Shown here one piece after another: positions 59,555 through 64,000 of a stretch of DNA of 64,000 nucleotides. Under the pieces are notes generated by a model. That model was given only the letters and a program-made list of their open reading frames with translations, searched no databases and was not told the origin of the DNA. Position numbers and translations under genes: made by a program. Source of the stretch: Sphingobium sp. (GTDB lineage: Bacteria > Pseudomonadota > Alphaproteobacteria > Sphingomonadales > Sphingomonadaceae); contig DATFDS010000246.1 in the NCBI GenBank assembly GCA_035251955.1, forward strand, positions 23,191-87,190, read 5' to 3'. Numbering within the stretch: the stretch's first letter is position 1; each line of letters starts with the position of its first letter.

Positions 59555-60409
59555 CTAGCCCGCCGCCACCGTCGCGGGCCAGCGCAGCCAAGCGAGCAGC
59601 GCCCGGCCCATGACGAGGTCCAGGTCGCCCTGGGAAAGCCAGTCCAGATCCTGCTCGAAATAGTCGACAAGGTCGCGATAGGGACAGGGCAGGCGGCTGA
59701 GGTCCGATCCCCAGAAGCAGCGCTCCGGCCCGAAAGCGTCCACCAGGCGATGGAGCCGCGGCGTGATGTCGGTCCAGGGCCGCTGGGCCAGGCGGCTGTG
59801 GCAGGGGACAGCGGACAGCTTGACCGCGACATTGGGCCGGGACGCGAGCGCCAGCACATCTGCTCCCCGCGCGAATTCGTCCAGCCCCTCCCCCACCAGC
59901 CCCGTGCCCATATGGTCGAGCGTCAGGCGCAGGCCGGGAAAGCGGTCGGCAATGGCAGCCACCAGTGCATTCTGCCCCACCGGGTGCAACATCAACGGCA
60001 TGTCGACCTCGGCAGCCATCCACCAGAAGGGATGATCCGCCGCCGCCAATTCGGTCCCTGGCAGCAGGATCAGCCGGATGCCCTGCATGCCGGGCGCATC
60101 GCGCCAGCGGCGCAGCGCATCGACCGGCGTGCCAGGCGTCCAGCGTCCCATGACGGCGAAGCGATCCGGCCAGGCTTGCGCCGCGGCGAGGACGACGTCG
60201 TTATAGTCGCCTTCCCATGAGGGCGGCACCAGTATCGCGCGCGCCACCCCGGCCTCATCCATCCGCGCCAGCACCTCTTGCGGGCCGAGCGGCGCGTCGC
60301 GATGCACATGCCGGGTCTTCCCGTCCCAGCCTGCGTTCGGCCAGGGCCGGTCCGGCCGATCCGCTTCCCATATGTGGATCTGGCTGTCGACCCTAAGCCG
60401 CTGCGTCAC
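59555..60409 (-). CDS. Amidohydrolase family protein (lactonase-like)
   Basis: VDSQIHIW, GIRL, LDHMG, VKLS, WGSD. Confidence 0.85.
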   Translation of the reverse strand: MTQRLRVDSQIHIWEADRPDRPWPNAGWDGKTRHVHRDAPLGPQEVLARMDEAGVARAILVPPSWEGDYNDVVLAAAQAWPDRFAVMGRWTPGTPVDALRRWRDAPGMQGIRLILLPGTELAAADHPFWWMAAEVDMPLMLHPVGQNALVAAIADRFPGLRLTLDHMGTGLVGEGLDEFARGADVLALASRPNVAVKLSAVPCHSRLAQRPWTDITPRLHRLVDAFGPERCFWGSDLSRLPCPYRDLVDYFEQDLDWLSQGDLDLVMGRALLAWLRWPATVAAG

Positions 60410-61215
60410 TGCTTGTAGTCGGGGCAGACGCGATCGAGCTTGCGGAGCAGCGCCGGCCAGAACAGCTCGCGCGCATAATGTTCGCTATCGGCGTCGCGAA
60501 AGCCATATTTGCGGTAGGTATCCTCGACCACCTGCGCGTCCGGCATATGCCAGGGCAGACCCATGGCGAGCGTGCGCACCTGATAGGTGCAGGCGCATTC
60601 GAGCAGATACATGCGCTGAAACGCCTCCGCCACGGTCGCGCCGACCGCCATGGTGCCATGGTTGCGCAGGAACATGAGGTCGTGATGGCCGAGCGCGGCG
60701 GCCATGCGCTCGCGTTCCTCCAGGCTGACCGCCGGCCCCTCATATTCATGCACGCCGATCTTGCCGCGAATGATGAGCGCGGTCTGGTTCAGCGGCAGCA
60801 GCCCGTCCTCCAGCGCCGACACCGCGACCCCGTCCCTGGTGTGGAGATGCATGACGCAACCGGCATCATGACGCGCGCGGTGGACCGAGCTGTGGACGAC
60901 GAAGCCCGCCTTGTTCACCGGAAACGCGCTGTCGGAAAGGATGTTGCCGTCGACATCGACCTTCACCAGCGAGGAAGCGGTGATCTCCTCGAACATCTGG
61001 CCATAGGGGTTGATCAGGAACGCCTCGGGTTCCCCCTCCCCGGTCGGCACGCGCACGGTGAAATGGGTGCCGATCATGTCGTCCCAGCCGAACAGCGCCG
61101 CCGCGCGATAGGCTGCCGCCAGGTCGCGGCGCAACTCAAGCTCAGCGGGCGAGGCCGGGGCCGGGGCCGGGGCCGCCGCCCCACCTTTGTCCTTGTACAT
61201 GGTCAACGAAACCAT
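60406..61215 (-). CDS. Class II aldolase/adducin family protein
   Basis: LINPYG..FEEITASSLVKVD, HSSVH, MHLH, LRNHG. Confidence 0.9.
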   Translation of the reverse strand: MVSLTMYKDKGGAAAPAPAPASPAELELRRDLAAAYRAAALFGWDDMIGTHFTVRVPTGEGEPEAFLINPYGQMFEEITASSLVKVDVDGNILSDSAFPVNKAGFVVHSSVHRARHDAGCVMHLHTRDGVAVSALEDGLLPLNQTALIIRGKIGVHEYEGPAVSLEERERMAAALGHHDLMFLRNHGTMAVGATVAEAFQRMYLLECACTYQVRTLAMGLPWHMPDAQVVEDTYRKYGFRDADSEHYARELFWPALLRKLDRVCPDYKQ

Positions 61216-61365
61216 CGCGCCTCTCCTTTCCATCGCACCGGGGCGCGTCACACGCGCCATTTTCCCGAATTGCTATCGCATATCAGCTTTGCCTTGCTGC
61301 GCCAATCCGACGAACGCATCGGGAGCGGACCCGAACCCGCAGCCGGCACAGCCAGACGCGGCTAC

Positions 61366-61502
61366 TTAGAGCAGGATGACTTTACCTTGATCCGTTCGTT
61401 TCGAGCGAAGTCGAGAAACGGAAGCGCAGTTCTTGCTGTTTCTCGACTTCGCTCGAAACGAACGGAGGCAACTTGAATCCATCTAACGTCATCCCGCTCT
61501 AA
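61366..61502. mobile_element. Miniature inverted-repeat element containing a REP-like hairpin
   Basis: Terminal IR TTAGAGCAGGATGAC / GTCATCCCGCTCTAA (14/15 match); internal perfect 29-bp IR at 61391-61419 / 61438-61466. Confidence 0.6.
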
Positions 61503-61518
61503 ACTGCGTTGGACATAC

Positions 61519-61576
61519 TCCTGCGAAGGCAGCCGCCCAGTTCAGACGGCGGGACTGGGTTCCTGCCTTCGCAGGA
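61519..61576. repeat. REP-like palindromic element
   Basis: TCCTGCGAAGGCAG / CTGCCTTCGCAGGA 14-bp IR plus inner CCCAGT/ACTGGG. Confidence 0.6.
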
Positions 61577-61586
61577 ACACATTGTC

Positions 61587-61883
61587 TTAACTTCTTAGGC
61601 GATCGAACTCGGTCATTTCATAAGCGATCGAAGCTTCGACCAGCTGCTCCCACAGCTCCGCAATCACACCAGCCGGCACGCCAAGGCGCTCCGCCTCGAC
61701 GCGCACATTTTCAATGACCTCCGCCTTGCGCGCCTCATCCCGCACGGCCCCGCGTTCCGGCTTGATCCGGGCGGCGGCGCGCATATGCGCGAAGCGCTGG
61801 TCAAGCAGCGCGACAAGCTGGCGGTCCAGTTCGTCCACGCCTGCGCGGACTTGTGCCATGGTCGTGTAGCTTTCGGGATTCAT
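61587..61883 (-). CDS. Chorismate mutase (AroQ/type II; isochorismate-pyruvate lyase-like)
   Basis: VRAGVDELDRQLVALLDQRF...AARIK...VRDEAR...VI. Confidence 0.85.
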   Translation of the reverse strand: MNPESYTTMAQVRAGVDELDRQLVALLDQRFAHMRAAARIKPERGAVRDEARKAEVIENVRVEAERLGVPAGVIAELWEQLVEASIAYEMTEFDRLRS

Positions 61884-61921
61884 GGGCGCTGCCTAAGCCC
61901 GGAAACACGGCCTGTCGAGGG

Positions 61922-61950
61922 TTGACATGGGTCCTTCCCTTCGTCATAGG
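61922..61950 (+). promoter_or_regulatory. Sigma70-type promoter of rpsD
   Basis: TTGACA-N17-CATAGG. Confidence 0.55.
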
Positions 61951-62061
61951 CGCCGCTTCGCGATTGGTCCCGCATCCCGGTGAAGCGGTGGCCCTGCCCC
62001 TGAAATATGGATCGCAGGCGATACCGGGAATAACGTTATACGCAGTTGTTAGGAAATTATC

Positions 62062-62676
62062 ATGTCGAAGCGTTCCAGCGCAAAGTATAAACTCGACCGC
62101 CGCATGGGCGAGAATATCTGGGGCCGCCCCAAGAGCCCGGTCAACAAGCGTGAATATGGCCCCGGCCAGCACGGTCAGCGCCGCAAGGGCAAGATGTCCG
62201 ACTATGGCATCCAGCTCAAGGCGAAGCAGAAGCTGAAGGGCTATTACGGCGACATCACCGAAAAGCAGTTCAAGAAGAACTATATCGAGGCCGCCCGGAT
62301 GAAGGGCGACACCGGCCAGAACCTGATCGGCCTGCTGGAACGCCGCCTGGACGCCGTCGTCTATCGCGCCAAGTTCGCGCCGACCATCTTTTCGGCCCGC
62401 CAGATCGTTTCGCACGGCCACATCTATGTGAACGGCGTGAAGTGCAACATCGCCAGCCGCCTGGTGAAGCCGGGCGACGAGATCACCCTGGGCAAGAAGG
62501 CACAGGAAATGGCGCTGGTCCTGGAAGCGCAGAGCCTGCCCGAGCGCGACATTCCCGACTATGTGTCGCCCGATGGCGCCGCCAAGGTCACCTATGTCCG
62601 CGTGCCGTCGCTGGACGAAGTGCCCTATCCGGTGAAGATGGAACCGAATCTGGTCGTCGAATTCTATTCGCGCTGA
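62062..62676 (+). CDS. rpsD: 30S ribosomal protein S4
   Basis: [44 protein letters not shown]. Confidence 0.98.
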   Translation: MSKRSSAKYKLDRRMGENIWGRPKSPVNKREYGPGQHGQRRKGKMSDYGIQLKAKQKLKGYYGDITEKQFKKNYIEAARMKGDTGQNLIGLLERRLDAVVYRAKFAPTIFSARQIVSHGHIYVNGVKCNIASRLVKPGDEITLGKKAQEMALVLEAQSLPERDIPDYVSPDGAAKVTYVRVPSLDEVPYPVKMEPNLVVEFYSR

Positions 62677-62701
62677 TCTGTTCGGATCGACGAGTTACGC
62701 G

Positions 62702-62736
62702 AAAGGGCGGTCCTGCGGGGCCGCCCTTTTTCTTTT
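62702..62736 (+). terminator. Rho-independent terminator of rpsD
   Basis: AAAGGGCGGTCC-tgcg-GGGCCGCCCTTT followed by TTCTTTT. Confidence 0.85.
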
Positions 62737-62808
62737 GTCCGACACGCCTTGTTCGATGGGCAAGCTGCTGGCATCACAGCAACATCCTGCCCTAGCCGAG
62801 GCTTTGCC

Positions 62809-64000
62809 ATGCGCGCCCCTCTCCTTACCTTCGCCCCCCTCCTCCTCGCTCTTGCCGGGGGAGCGGCTCCCGCCGCGTCATCGGAAGGCCAGCCTTCGAT
62901 CGACACGATGAAGGAGGTCGTGAAGGAGATTTCCTCCGACGCTTATGAAGGCCGCGCACCCGGCACCCTGGGCGAGGAAAAGACGCTCGCCTATCTCGTC
63001 CAGCGTTTCGAGGCGCTGGGCCTGAAGCCCGGCAACAAGGGCAGCTGGTTCCAGGACGTTCCCTTGGTGGAGATTGCCGCGAAGGACGTGTCGCCGCTGC
63101 GCTTTACCGGCGGGAAGAACACCGTGTCCGCCTCCTATGGTGCGGAAATGGTCATCGCCACCTATCGCACCGGCCAGCGCCACGTGGAGGTGAAGGACAG
63201 TCCCGTTATCTTCGTCGGCTACGGCATCAATGCCCCGGAGAAGAAGTGGAACGACTATGCCGGCGTCGACGTGAAGGGCAAGACGGTCATCATCCTGGTG
63301 AACGATCCCGACTATCAGAACCCCACCCTGCGCGGCCCCTTCAATGGCCGTGCGATGACCTATTATGGCCGCTGGACCTACAAGTTCGAGGAAGCGGCCC
63401 GGCAGGGCGCGGCCGCCGCGATCATCGTCCATGACACGATGCCGGCCGCCTATGGCTGGAATGTCGTACAGTCGAGCTGGACCGGGCCGCAGCATGTCGC
63501 CGACAGCGCCAACGCCAATGCCGACCAGTCCGCCGCGATCGGCTGGATTCAGAAGGACAAGGCGGCCGCGCTGATGGCGAGCGCGGGGCTCAACATCGAC
63601 ACGCTGATGGCCGCGGCGAAGAAACGCGGCTTCAGGGCCGTACCGCTCAAGGGCGTGAAGGCCGGGGTCGCCTTCGACAATGCGGTGCGCAAGCATAGCT
63701 CGAAAAATGTCGTCGCCCTGCTGCCGGGCAAGGCGCGGCCCGACGAATATGTCCTCTATGCTGCGCATTGGGACCATCTCGGCCGCTGCGAAGCCGCCCC
63801 GGACGGGGACGACATCTGCAACGGCGCGATCGACAATGCGACCGGCACCGCCGCGCTGGTGGCGCTGGCCGAAGCCAATGTGAAGGCCGGTCCCACCGAT
63901 CGCAGCCAGATATTCCTGGCCGTCACCGCGGAGGAATCGGGCCTGTTGGGTTCAGCCTATTATGGCAATCACCCGGTCGTACCGCTGGGCAAGACGGTAG
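62809..64000 (+). CDS. M28 family peptidase with PA domain, runs off the window end
   Basis: Not in the ORF track. Hand translation: signal peptide, ISSDAYEGRAPGT, YYGRWTYKFEEA, AHWDHLG, NGAIDNATG, TAEESGLLGS. Confidence 0.9.
   Translation, partial: MRAPLLTFAPLLLALAGGAAPAASSEGQPSIDTMKEVVKEISSDAYEGRAPGTLGEEKTLAYLVQRFEALGLKPGNKGSWFQDVPLVEIAAKDVSPLRFTGGKNTVSASYGAEMVIATYRTGQRHVEVKDSPVIFVGYGINAPEKKWNDYAGVDVKGKTVIILVNDPDYQNPTLRGPFNGRAMTYYGRWTYKFEEAARQGAAAAIIVHDTMPAAYGWNVVQSSWTGPQHVADSANANADQSAAIGWIQKDKAAALMASAGLNIDTLMAAAKKRGFRAVPLKGVKAGVAFDNAVRKHSSKNVVALLPGKARPDEYVLYAAHWDHLGRCEAAPDGDDICNGAIDNATGTAALVALAEANVKAGPTDRSQIFLAVTAEESGLLGSAYYGNHPVVPLGKTV

Noticed and set aside
61154-61176. (GCCGGG)n short tandem repeat
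   Set aside because: In-frame hexamer encoding an APAPAPA linker in the aldolase N-terminus; cannot cause frameshift phase variation.
61366-61580. CRISPR array or tRNA at the repeat cluster
   Set aside because: Only inverted repeats are present; no direct repeat-spacer periodicity, no cas genes and no cloverleaf.

Overview
High-GC window, most likely from a sphingomonad (Alphaproteobacteria; inferred from gene content, TonB-dependent receptors and repeat types). Bases 1 to ~61,260 are one dense accessory catabolic region of about 55 genes for an unidentified hydrophobic substrate. It encodes 7 SDRs, 3 crotonase-fold enzymes, fused and split acyl-CoA dehydrogenases, 2 acyl-CoA ligases, 2 class III CoA-transferases, a Baeyer-Villiger monooxygenase, 2 LLM oxygenases, a Rieske oxygenase lacking partners in the window, E1 alpha/beta without E2/E3, an AtuA-like pair, 2 APH-like kinases, 2 MFS transporters, 2 closely related TonB receptors and TetR/LysR/IclR regulators. 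At the right end it meets housekeeping genes (chorismate mutase, rpsD, M28 peptidase) across a cluster of palindromic repeats. Features the ORF track does not explain include several short gene relics (a TonB receptor tail, two alpha/beta-hydrolase heads, and possible lipoyl-carrier and crotonase remnants), two recurring candidate operator motifs (ATAT-N7-ATAT and TCACATATGTGA-like), a REP-like hairpin nested in a TTAGAGC...GCTCTAA miniature element, and a possibly pseudoknotted rpsD leader. No integrase, transposase, tRNA, rRNA or CRISPR array was seen. All product calls come from motif recognition by eye, without database searches.
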